DNA of 64,000 nucleotides from Bacilli bacterium (GCA_045119835.1 JBGVED010000040.1:388-64387); one strand, 5' to 3'; shown: positions 29,085 through 37,724, counted from the first letter of the stretch. Numbers and translations: made by a program. The notes: generated by a model from the letters alone, not told the origin.

Positions 29085-29111
29085 TAATTTATGTAATATA
29101 TTTTTTTTGGT
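29085..29111 (-). promoter_or_regulatory. Candidate SigK-type (mother-cell late) promoter for the cotD-like gene
   Basis: The minus strand reads AC, 16 nt, CATAAATTA. This matches the SigK consensus of AC, 16-17 nt, CATAnnnTA, and lies 25 nt upstream of the ATG. Confidence 0.4.
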
Positions 29112-29162
29112 ATAGTTTATAACCTATTTATCATTTTTTGAGTAAAAAGAAAATAAAATTAA

Positions 29163-30104
29163 ATGGTGAAAGCAATGAAAAAATACAACACTATAATTTC
29201 CATATTCTTCTTGATATTCTTAATATATTCTTTACTAAATATAAATGAGATAAGAAACTCAACACTAAATATACTTATGACATTTTCAAAAACAATATTC
29301 CCTTCTTTATTACCATTTCTAATAATTAATCAAATAATCATAAGTTTAGGACTTATTGATTTATTGTCATATTTTCTTCAATATATAAGCATACCTTTAT
29401 TTAAAATAAGTGGAAAAGGAGCCAGTATAATTATAATTGGAATTTTAAACGGTTTTCCAAGCAGTGCCATTTTCACTTCTATTATGCTAACAAATAAACA
29501 AATAGAAAAAAAAGAAGCTCAAAGACTAATAAACGCTATCTTCTTTCCATCAATCAGTTTTCTCTTTTCTATATTATTACCTAATATAAATAACAATAAA
29601 CTATTCACACTTCTAATATTATCAATATACATGAGTGGATTTATTATCCTTTATATTTCCTCATTTAAAATTTGTTCTCCCCAAATAATAACCTTTAAAC
29701 AAACATTAAATAATACCAAAAATAAACTCAATAATTTCTCGCTTCCATTAAAATTAAAAGAAATCATAAATTATTCCTTTAATACCCTGTTAAATATCTT
29801 AGGAATTATTGTAATATTTTCAATTCCCTGCAACATTATAAATAAAATTTTAACTAACAACATCTCATATCTATTTAAAGGGTTAATAGAATTCTCAATA
29901 CCATCAATAACATTATCCCTATCATCTTTAAATAAAAAAACGATAGTACTCTTCTTAAGTACTATCCTCTCTTTCTCCTCACTATCTTCTATTATGCAAG
30001 CAACAATTTTTATAAATGAAGCTTCTTTAAACAGTAAACAATTTATTACTAATAGAATCATAATCACTCTATTAAGTGTTTTTTTATTGTATTTAATTAT
30101 TTAA
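29163..30104 (+). CDS. ylbJ: Sporulation integral membrane protein YlbJ-like (nucleoside-recognition/Gate domain)
   Basis: TIFPSLLPFLIINQIII, PLFKISGKGASIIIIGILNGFPSSA. It is oriented opposite to ylbF, as in Bacillus. The start could instead be the ATG at 29175. Confidence 0.65.
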   Translation: MVKAMKKYNTIISIFFLIFLIYSLLNINEIRNSTLNILMTFSKTIFPSLLPFLIINQIIISLGLIDLLSYFLQYISIPLFKISGKGASIIIIGILNGFPSSAIFTSIMLTNKQIEKKEAQRLINAIFFPSISFLFSILLPNINNNKLFTLLILSIYMSGFIILYISSFKICSPQIITFKQTLNNTKNKLNNFSLPLKLKEIINYSFNTLLNILGIIVIFSIPCNIINKILTNNISYLFKGLIEFSIPSITLSLSSLNKKTIVLFLSTILSFSSLSSIMQATIFINEASLNSKQFITNRIIITLLSVFLLYLII

Positions 30105-30435
30105 TGTCTTCAAAAATACACTCTTCTACACATTTTAATTGAGCCTTCATTTTTTTATACGCCAAATTATAAGCTTTAACAAAACTATTTTCATCTAACT
30201 GGTATTTAACTTCACTAAGTTTTTTTTGAACTAAAGAAACATCACTACCATATTTTTCAAATCGTTTTACTTGACTATACTCCTCTTTTAAACTATCAAA
30301 TAAAAGCAAAAGTTTACTGACCTCTTGATTTTCTAACATTTTCTTTTCTTTTTCCTTCATATCCAAATATAATTCGCTTTTTAAAATAGTTTCTTTTAAT
30401 TTAAATGTAGTTGACAAAATATCACTATAATCCAT
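30097..30435 (-). CDS. YlbF/YmcA/YheA-family (UPF0342) regulatory protein-like
   Basis: The product is 112 aa and helical. It fits the family pattern of the I..S..Y..... region, followed by F..LKEEY and a C-terminal helix. Synteny with ylbD, ylbE and ylbJ supports the call. Confidence 0.55.
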   Translation of the reverse strand: MDYSDILSTTFKLKETILKSELYLDMKEKEKKMLENQEVSKLLLLFDSLKEEYSQVKRFEKYGSDVSLVQKKLSEVKYQLDENSFVKAYNLAYKKMKAQLKCVEECIFEDIK

Positions 30436-30465
30436 TAATATCGCCTCTTTATTTATTATAACATT

Positions 30466-32175
30466 TTATTTATTTTTTTTACCCTTATTATAATAAAGAT
30501 TATATAGATTATCATTTATTTTTTCTATAATACCTTCAACTTCTTCTTCTACATCTTTTTCATCTATTTTAAGAAAAAAAGCAATTTCATCATTACTACT
30601 TTTAACAAAACTATCCAATCCATAATACATAGCTAACACCTTTTCTTCTTTTTTATTTAAAAAAGACATAGCCTTCTTAACTTTAACCTTATCTTTAGTC
30701 ATAAGTTCACTTAAAAAAGCATCCATATTTTTTTTCTTCTTATTTAAGAATTCTAAATTTGTTAAATTATCATCCATATCCTTTTCTATATCTTCAACAA
30801 TTAACCCAATACTTAAAGGATCAATATCTAAATTTCTAGCAATTTCATCTATTTCTTGCTCCTTATATCCCAAAAGGCCATAATACCTAACAATTATTTC
30901 TTTTTCTTCTCTAGATAAAACATCTAAATAACTTTTAAAATTATCTAAATCATATTTTAAAGATTTATCATTAAATTTTCCCTCATCTATTATATCTTTT
31001 ATTCTTTTTACACTAAAATCTAAAATTCTATCTAAAGAATCATCATCAATATTATATTTAGAACAAATTTTTTCCCTACTTAAAACTTTATAACCATTAA
31101 ATCCATAACTTTCTTTTAAAATTTCCTGATGCATTAAACTAAACTTAACAAGCACTTTTTCTACCAAATCTTTTTCATAACCAGAAAAATCTTTAAAAAA
31201 TCTTCTTTTCATACTAATTTCATTTGGATGCTTAAGTAAAAATTTCAACTTTTCACTATCTCTTCTTATGCTAAAACTTACCCATGAGACTGAAACATCT
31301 AAAATCTTTGCTATATCTTTCATTTCCGTGCAATTATAGCCATTAATACCATAATATCTAGATATTATTTCCTTTCTTTTTTCTCCAAAAGTATCCAAAG
31401 TTGAATTTATCTCTTCTAAACTATAATTTCCAAAAAGTTCATAAAAGAGAACATTATTTCTATTAAATTTATTAATTTTATCGACTGTTTTTTTTATGTT
31501 TCTAATACATTCATTAATCATTTTTCTAGCTTCACTATAATTAACATTAAAACTTTTAGTAACCCTATAAAAAAGATCATTAACACTGCTACACTCATAA
31601 TAAATATCAATAATCTTTTTATCTCTAATATTTAAATAATTATCTACAATATGCAAACTTTCAGCAAACTCAGCTAAAGAATCTTGAAAAATATTCATAT
31701 CATTTAAAATATTAACAAGCCTTTCGTTTCCATAAATTAAAGTTGAATTAACTGTATTTATATCAACACCACATTCAATAGCAATATCTTTCATATCCAT
31801 CTCATCATTACCATTTAGCCCATAATAAAGCTCTAAAACTTTCTTACATCTAGCTGTCAAATACCCAAGCGTTCTAAAAACATCTTGAGTATTATATTTG
31901 CTATACATTTTATAAAACATCTCATTATTACTATATATACCATTAGGGTTAACAAGAATATTAGCAATTTTATCTACACAAGATTGTCTTTTATGTCGAA
32001 CACCAGAAGCAGTGATTCCATATTTTTCTACAAGTTCTTCTATTTTTAATCTATTAAATCCTCTTACACCATAATACTGACAAATAAACTCTCTATCATT
32101 TTTTCTTAACCTTTCAACTGCTAAATCAATTTTTTCTCTATCGTACCCGTCAAACAAGTCATAAAATTCACTCAT
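30466..32175 (-). CDS. Protein made of seven tandem sigma-70 region-4-like HTH modules (no sigma region 2)
   Basis: Repeat units start at about aa 4, 87, 168, 244, 326, 413 and 487. The recurrent core is L..L....R...I...YYG[LIV].G....[ST]..EIA......S...V. The YYG motif occurs as QYYGV, LYYGL, IYYEC (degenerate), RYYGI, ESYGF, RYYGL and MYYGL. The SD AAGGAGT is present. Confidence 0.75.
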   Translation of the reverse strand: MSEFYDLFDGYDREKIDLAVERLRKNDREFICQYYGVRGFNRLKIEELVEKYGITASGVRHKRQSCVDKIANILVNPNGIYSNNEMFYKMYSKYNTQDVFRTLGYLTARCKKVLELYYGLNGNDEMDMKDIAIECGVDINTVNSTLIYGNERLVNILNDMNIFQDSLAEFAESLHIVDNYLNIRDKKIIDIYYECSSVNDLFYRVTKSFNVNYSEARKMINECIRNIKKTVDKINKFNRNNVLFYELFGNYSLEEINSTLDTFGEKRKEIISRYYGINGYNCTEMKDIAKILDVSVSWVSFSIRRDSEKLKFLLKHPNEISMKRRFFKDFSGYEKDLVEKVLVKFSLMHQEILKESYGFNGYKVLSREKICSKYNIDDDSLDRILDFSVKRIKDIIDEGKFNDKSLKYDLDNFKSYLDVLSREEKEIIVRYYGLLGYKEQEIDEIARNLDIDPLSIGLIVEDIEKDMDDNLTNLEFLNKKKKNMDAFLSELMTKDKVKVKKAMSFLNKKEEKVLAMYYGLDSFVKSSNDEIAFFLKIDEKDVEEEVEGIIEKINDNLYNLYYNKGKKNK

Positions 32176-32237
32176 ATAACACTACTCCTTAACTACAAAC
32201 AATTATAATACAACTAATACAACTAATAAACACTTTT

Positions 32238-32453
32238 TTACTCCTCCATCATCGTTGAAACAAGGGTAAGTAAATTAGAGGCATCTTCCACCTTATCAAT
32301 AAATCTTTTTCTTCTAACAATTTTATACTCCTGTAAAAAGTCCTTTATTTTATTCCTATCAACACTTAATATTCTATACCAATAAGTCCTCTCTCTTAAA
32401 AAATGCCAATAATCAGGATTTTTATCCAAAATAAAAATTATATCATTTTTCAT
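32238..32453 (-). CDS. ylbE: YlbE-like small protein
   Basis: The product is 71 aa. HFLRERTYWYRILS resembles the YlbE FLRE.P.WYR.LSR core. The gene lies directly after the ylbD-like gene with a 1-nt overlap. Confidence 0.55.
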   Translation of the reverse strand: MKNDIIFILDKNPDYWHFLRERTYWYRILSVDRNKIKDFLQEYKIVRRKRFIDKVEDASNLLTLVSTMMEE

Positions 32454-32803
32454 TAGTCATCATATCCCCTTGGTGCTTTATACGAAGTTCGTCTACCATT
32501 TACTTTAGAATCTTCTTTTTTACCAAACTCTCCTAATACCCCTAAAATTTTTTTCATTCCTTCCAAATTCTCATTAATCTTATCCAAATTTACTCCCTCA
32601 AGCATCTTAAGTAAACTATTGGAGCTATTTCTTGTTTGCGTAGATGTTGTATTTTCTTTTTTTTCTTTGAAAACATCTGCTTCCTTTCCAAATAAATCAT
32701 AAGTTTCATATAAACTTTGCCAAGTAGTCTCCTTCTTATCTACTCTCTCTTTTAAAAAAGGTTTATCCTTTATAAATTCTTTAAATTCATCTAGTTTATC
32801 CAT
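32453..32803 (-). CDS. ylbD: YlbD-like putative spore coat protein
   Basis: FKEFIKDKPFLKERVDKKETTWQSLYETYDLFGKE matches the YlbD N-terminal pattern FKEFVKKHP.L...V..G..TWQ..YE.W.L.GE. Confidence 0.55.
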   Translation of the reverse strand: MDKLDEFKEFIKDKPFLKERVDKKETTWQSLYETYDLFGKEADVFKEKKENTTSTQTRNSSNSLLKMLEGVNLDKINENLEGMKKILGVLGEFGKKEDSKVNGRRTSYKAPRGYDD

Positions 32804-32951
32804 TTATAATCACCCATTAAAGTATATGCTTTAAATTTTATCCTAGTGATATTTTATTTAGTTATATAATTTTCAAAGATTCTTTTTTCTACAGCAATAT
32901 AAAACATCAAATAATGTTTTTGTTTTTATAAAAATTAAAAACACATTTTTA

Positions 32952-34961
32952 TTATCTCTTATTTATTGCTAAATTTTGTTTGATTATTTCTATAAGTTCA
33001 CAAATTTTTTTATCTACAATATCTTCGCTCACGTTAAATTTCTCACTAATTTCTAATCTAGACATAACATCCACACCATTTAAACCATAATATAAACTTA
33101 TTAATTTTAAGTCCCTTTCATTTAAATCCCTCATAGCTTTTTTCACTGCTATTATATCTGTGCAATCAACATCAACCAAAAAACGTTGATTCATATTTTT
33201 TAAAATACCTTTTTTAATCAATATAATATTTTTATTCAATGTTTCAGAAATAATAGACTTATAAGAATGATATTTTTTAGCAATATATTCTACTCCCTTT
33301 GATTCCCCTTTTAGGCCATAATACATAACAATAATATCAAAACTTTTTACGTTTAAGCCCATCATACCTTCTCTTATTTGTTTTGCAGAAAAACCTCTAA
33401 ACAAATTATAGAATTCTTCCTTATTTGACCCTTTGTTAGCATCAGGAGAAATTAAAAATTTCTCAATTTTTTTCATCCTACTATCTATATAATAATAAAC
33501 ATGCGATTCATCCATATAAAATCTACTAGCAATCTCCTTCATCGTCAAGCATTCCATTCCCAACCCATAATACAAAGATAAAATTCTCTTATCATAATAT
33601 TCTAATTTATTAAATGCCTTATCAACTTCCTCTTTAGAATAATTTTCAAATCTTTTATAAAAACCTTTTTTACTAATACTTCTTTTTAAAGAAGGATCCT
33701 TTAAAATATTAGAAATAACTTCCATTTTTCTCTTTATTAATCCACTAACAGATGAATAACCTAAATAATATTTACTAGCCAATTGATGAATATCCAACAA
33801 CTCATCCTCAAATCCATAATAATAACGAATTATCTCCATATCCCTCTTTTTCAAATCAAGCAAGGCACTATCAATTTCTTCTTTTGAATAGCCATCAAAA
33901 CTTTTATAAAATTCTTCTTGCATTTCCCTTTTTTTATCCTCTGGAGATTTAAGAAGTTCTTTTAATTTATCTAAATCCGCTTTCATTATTTGATTAATTC
34001 TAGATCTAGTTAAATCATATTTTTTGCCAATAGCATCCATAGTTAAAACACAACAACCAAGTCCATAATAAGATTTAAATATATCCTGCCTTCTTTTATC
34101 TAAATTTGTTAAAGCTTGATTAACTTGCTCCTCACTACAACCTTCAAACATACTATAAAATTCTTTTTTTCTTTCTTCTTCTTTTTTTTCTTTTTTTAAA
34201 ATCTTGGAAATTTTCAATATTGCATTATCAACTATTTCATGAATCATAGAAATGTCTACGCTATATTTTTCAGCAATCTCACTAGCAGTAAAACTATCAC
34301 CCTTCAAACCATAAAAATAATTTAATATATCTTGTATTTTTGAATTCAACCCCAAAACACATTCATCAATTTCCTCTTTTGAAAAGCCTTTAAACTTAGC
34401 ATAAAAATATTGTGGAGCATAAACAATCTCTTTTTCATTCCTTTTATTATTTAAATGCCTTTCAAAAATTTTCAATCCATTTTTCAAGTAATTATAAACA
34501 GTATGATATTTTATATCATATTTATAGCTAATATCTACAGGTCGTAAACATTCTCTGCCTATACCATAATAAGAAAGTATAACCTCCTTACCTAACCCCT
34601 CCATTTTATCAAAAGCATTATTAATTTCTTCTAAAGAATAATTTTTATACTTGTCAAAAAATTCTTCTTTTCTATCCACTACTACAGAAACTTTTTTCTT
34701 TTCACCTAGTAGTTCATCTATTTTATTCATACAAAAAGACAAATGATAGTGAACATTGTAAGTTTCACGATTAGACTTAAGAGAAATTTCTTTAACAGAT
34801 AATTTTTCTCCGCCAATTCCAAAATACAAACACATTATTTCTCTGTTTTGAGGAGATAATTTTTCAATACAATCATACACTTTTTCCTTCCCATACTTAG
34901 CTATAAGAGAATTATATCTTTCAAAATGTATACTTAAATCATTATTTTCGTTTTCCTTCAT
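32952..34961 (-). CDS. Protein made of eight tandem sigma-70 region-4-like HTH modules (no sigma region 2)
   Basis: Repeat units start at aa 13, 101, 186, 268, 351, 434, 517 and 594, with a period of 77-88 aa. An example is FYSMFEGCSEEQVNQALTNLDKRRQDIFKSYYGLGCCVLTMDAIGKKYDLTRSRINQIMKADLDKLKELL. The SD GAGGTGA is present. Confidence 0.75.
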   Translation of the reverse strand: MKENENNDLSIHFERYNSLIAKYGKEKVYDCIEKLSPQNREIMCLYFGIGGEKLSVKEISLKSNRETYNVHYHLSFCMNKIDELLGEKKKVSVVVDRKEEFFDKYKNYSLEEINNAFDKMEGLGKEVILSYYGIGRECLRPVDISYKYDIKYHTVYNYLKNGLKIFERHLNNKRNEKEIVYAPQYFYAKFKGFSKEEIDECVLGLNSKIQDILNYFYGLKGDSFTASEIAEKYSVDISMIHEIVDNAILKISKILKKEKKEEERKKEFYSMFEGCSEEQVNQALTNLDKRRQDIFKSYYGLGCCVLTMDAIGKKYDLTRSRINQIMKADLDKLKELLKSPEDKKREMQEEFYKSFDGYSKEEIDSALLDLKKRDMEIIRYYYGFEDELLDIHQLASKYYLGYSSVSGLIKRKMEVISNILKDPSLKRSISKKGFYKRFENYSKEEVDKAFNKLEYYDKRILSLYYGLGMECLTMKEIASRFYMDESHVYYYIDSRMKKIEKFLISPDANKGSNKEEFYNLFRGFSAKQIREGMMGLNVKSFDIIVMYYGLKGESKGVEYIAKKYHSYKSIISETLNKNIILIKKGILKNMNQRFLVDVDCTDIIAVKKAMRDLNERDLKLISLYYGLNGVDVMSRLEISEKFNVSEDIVDKKICELIEIIKQNLAINKR

Positions 34962-34990
34962 AACTTCACCTCAAAACCTAACTGCAAATT

Positions 34991-35019
34991 ATTATAAAAC
35001 AACAAAAATAAATGAACAA
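34991..35019 (-). promoter_or_regulatory. Candidate SigA-type promoter for the 8-module gene
   Basis: The minus strand reads TTGTTC, 17 nt, TATAAT. It lies about 30 nt upstream of the SD. Confidence 0.45.
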
Positions 35020-35070
35020 CTGTTTTTTTTACTCACACAACCAAATTATATTTAAAAATATAAATATACC

Positions 35071-35099
35071 TTGATTAGTTTAATAGTATATGATAAAAT
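35071..35099 (+). promoter_or_regulatory. SigA-type promoter for the rpsB-tsf operon (extended -10)
   Basis: TTGATT (35071-76), 17 nt, TAAAAT (35094-99), with TG at 35091-92. This leaves a 5' UTR of about 130 nt. Confidence 0.6.
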
Positions 35100-35234
35100 A
35101 CACGAGGTTGCAAAGCAACTAATACACACATTAGTAGGTAGTTTTCTCTAGTGCTTCTAGGCAAAGGTGCCAAATTAGAAGTGGGAAAATGGTGACTAAT
35201 GGAGGGCAAAACAAAAGAAGGAGGACTTTACTAA

Positions 35235-36053
35235 ATGAGTGAAGAAAATAGCATGCCAGTAGTAGAAACTGAAACTGCTCCAGTTATTACTACAAGAAAA
35301 TTATTAGAAGCAGGAGTTCATTTCGGACACCAAACTAGACGTTGGAATCCTAAAATGAAAAAATATATTTATACTGCAAGAAACGGTATTTATATAATTG
35401 ATTTAGAAAAATCAGCATCAAAAATTGAAGAAGCTTACAATGCTTTAAAGAAAATTGTTGAAGATGGAGGAAAAGTATTATTCGTTGGTACTAAAAGAAC
35501 ATCTCAAGAAATCATTAGAGAAGAAGCTTTAAGAAGTGGTTCTTTCTATGTAACTAGCAGATGGTTAGGTGGAACAATGACTAACTTCAAAACAATTCAA
35601 AGAAGTATTAAAAGATTAAAAGATATCGAAAAAATGGAAGAAGACGGAACATTCGAAGTATTACCTAAAATTGAAGTTATCGGTTTAAAAAGAGAAGCTG
35701 AAAAACTTGAAAAGAACTTAGGTGGTATTAAAGAAATGAGAAAAGTTCCTAACGCAATCTTCGTTGTAGATCCTCGCGTTGAACACAATGCAATCTTAGA
35801 AGCAAGAAAATTAAACATTCCTGTATTCGGTATTGTAGATACAAATAGTGATCCAGATGATGTTGATTACATTATCCCTGGTAACGACGATGCAACTAAG
35901 GCTGTAAAATTATTAGTAACTGTTATGGCTGATGCTGTTGTAGAAGGTAGAGGCGGACAACCTGTTATCGCTTATACACCAGACGCAGAAGGCGAAGTTT
36001 CAATGAATGACGCTTTAAAAGAAGAAGAAAAATCTGAAAAAGTGGAGGGTTAA
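35235..36053 (+). CDS. rpsB: 30S ribosomal protein S2
   Basis: [29 protein letters not shown] and [10 protein letters not shown] are present. The SD is GAAGGAGG. Confidence 0.97.
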   Translation: MSEENSMPVVETETAPVITTRKLLEAGVHFGHQTRRWNPKMKKYIYTARNGIYIIDLEKSASKIEEAYNALKKIVEDGGKVLFVGTKRTSQEIIREEALRSGSFYVTSRWLGGTMTNFKTIQRSIKRLKDIEKMEEDGTFEVLPKIEVIGLKREAEKLEKNLGGIKEMRKVPNAIFVVDPRVEHNAILEARKLNIPVFGIVDTNSDPDDVDYIIPGNDDATKAVKLLVTVMADAVVEGRGGQPVIAYTPDAEGEVSMNDALKEEEKSEKVEG

Positions 36054-36057
36054 TTAA

Positions 36058-36945
36058 ATGATAACTACTGAATTAATTAAAAATTTACGTGAACGTACAG
36101 GCGCTGGTATGATGGACTGTAAAAAAGCTTTAGTTGAATGTAATGGTGATATCGATAAAGCTGGCGACTGGTTAAGAGAAAAAGGTATTGCTAAAGCTGC
36201 TAAAAAAGCTGACAGAATAGCTGCTGAAGGTTTAACAACAGTAGTAACAGAAGGAAATTATGCATTAATTTGTGAAATTAACTCTGAAACTGACTTCGTT
36301 GCTAAAAACGAAAAATTCATCAACTTTGTTAACGATGTTGCTACAGCTGCTTTAAAAGCAAAAGCTACAACATTAGAAGAAGCTTTAAATGCTCCATTAA
36401 ATGATGGAACTGTAAATGATGCAATCGTATCAAACACAGCTACAATCGGAGAAAAATTATCTTTAAGAAGAATTAACTTAGTAGAAAAATCTGATAGTGA
36501 TTCATTTGGTAGTTACTTACACATGGGTGGTAAAATTGGTGCTGTTTGTGTATTATCTAACACAGACAATACTTCTGTTGCTAAAGATGTAGCTATGCAT
36601 ATTGCTGCTTCTAACCCACAATATACTAACACTACAGATATCCCTGCTAGTGAAGTAGAAAAAGAATTACACATCCAAACTGAAGCTGCTAAAAACGACG
36701 AAAAATTAGCAGGTAAACCTGAAGCTGCTTTAACAAAAATTCTTGAAGGAAAAATTAATAAATGGAAAGCTGAAATTAGTTTAGTTGAACAACCATTTGT
36801 AAAAGATCCAGGATTAACTGTTGGAAAATATGTTAAACAAGTTGGAGCAACTGTTTCTAATTTTGTAAGATATGCAGTAGGAGAAGGATTACAAAAAAGA
36901 GAAGATAACTTCGCTGAAGAAGTTATGAACCAAGTAGGAAAATAA
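36058..36945 (+). CDS. tsf: Elongation factor Ts
   Basis: LRERTGAGMMDCKKAL, EINSETDFVAKN and HIAASNPQY are present. Confidence 0.97.
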   Translation: MITTELIKNLRERTGAGMMDCKKALVECNGDIDKAGDWLREKGIAKAAKKADRIAAEGLTTVVTEGNYALICEINSETDFVAKNEKFINFVNDVATAALKAKATTLEEALNAPLNDGTVNDAIVSNTATIGEKLSLRRINLVEKSDSDSFGSYLHMGGKIGAVCVLSNTDNTSVAKDVAMHIAASNPQYTNTTDIPASEVEKELHIQTEAAKNDEKLAGKPEAALTKILEGKINKWKAEISLVEQPFVKDPGLTVGKYVKQVGATVSNFVRYAVGEGLQKREDNFAEEVMNQVGK

Positions 36946-36958
36946 CTAATAAATGAAG

Positions 36959-36982
36959 GATGCTCTAACGAGCATCTTTTTT
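36959..36982 (+). terminator. Hairpin/terminator between tsf and pyrH
   Basis: GATGCTC (36959-65), loop taac, GAGCATC (36970-76), then T6. Confidence 0.7.
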
Positions 36983-36998
36983 GAAAGGGGAAATTGTA

Positions 36999-37718
36999 GT
37001 GAAATATAAACGCGTTTTAATCAAATTAAGCGGAGAAGCCTTAATGGGCCAAACAAAATCCAGTAAAGTATTAGATAGAGACATAATGTTTGAAACAGCA
37101 TCTCAAATAAAAGAACTCGTAGATTTAGGCTTAGAAATAGGAATAGTCATAGGCGGAGGTAACATTTTTAGAGGTAAATATTGCGATGAATTATCAATTA
37201 AAAGAGCACCAGCAGATTACATGGGAATGGTAGCAACAATCTTCAATTCCCTTGCCTTTAAAGCTGTTTTAGATTCATTAAATGTAGACAACGTTGTAAT
37301 GAGTGCACTTAATATCAATCAAGTATGTGAGCCATATTATCACTTAAAAGCTTTAAGCCATTTAGACAAGAAAAAAGTCGTTATTTTTGCTGGAGGAACA
37401 GGAAACCCATATTTTTCAACAGACACAGCTTCAGCTCTAAGAGCAAGTGAAATAGGTGCCGATGTGATATTAATGGCTAAAAATGGCGTTGATGGTGTAT
37501 ACAATAAAGATCCACGCAAATATAGCGATGCAATAATGTACGATTCAATTACATTTGATGAAGTTTTAAATCAAAAATTAGAAGTAGTAGATTTAAACGC
37601 AATTAACTTATGTCAAAGTAATAAAATTAATTTAATTATCTTTAACATGGACAAAAAAAATGCTATAATTGACGTTGTCAAAGGTGAAAAATTAGGAACC
37701 TTTGTAGGAGAGGAATAG
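36999..37718 (+). CDS. pyrH: UMP kinase
   Basis: YKRVLIKLSGEAL, VIGGGNIFRG, FAGGTGNPYFSTDTA and VDGVYNKDP are present. The probable start is the GTG at 36999, after GAAAGGGG. The track used the TTG at 36981, which lies in the terminator T-run. Confidence 0.93.
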   Translation: MKYKRVLIKLSGEALMGQTKSSKVLDRDIMFETASQIKELVDLGLEIGIVIGGGNIFRGKYCDELSIKRAPADYMGMVATIFNSLAFKAVLDSLNVDNVVMSALNINQVCEPYYHLKALSHLDKKKVVIFAGGTGNPYFSTDTASALRASEIGADVILMAKNGVDGVYNKDPRKYSDAIMYDSITFDEVLNQKLEVVDLNAINLCQSNKINLIIFNMDKKNAIIDVVKGEKLGTFVGEE

Positions 37719-37724
37719 ATATAT

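Noticed and set aside
32207-32228. Tandem 9-bp repeat (acaactaat x2) upstream of the 7-module gene
   Set aside because: There are only two copies of an AT-rich 9-mer. This is compatible with chance or slippage and no flanking promoter logic depends on it.
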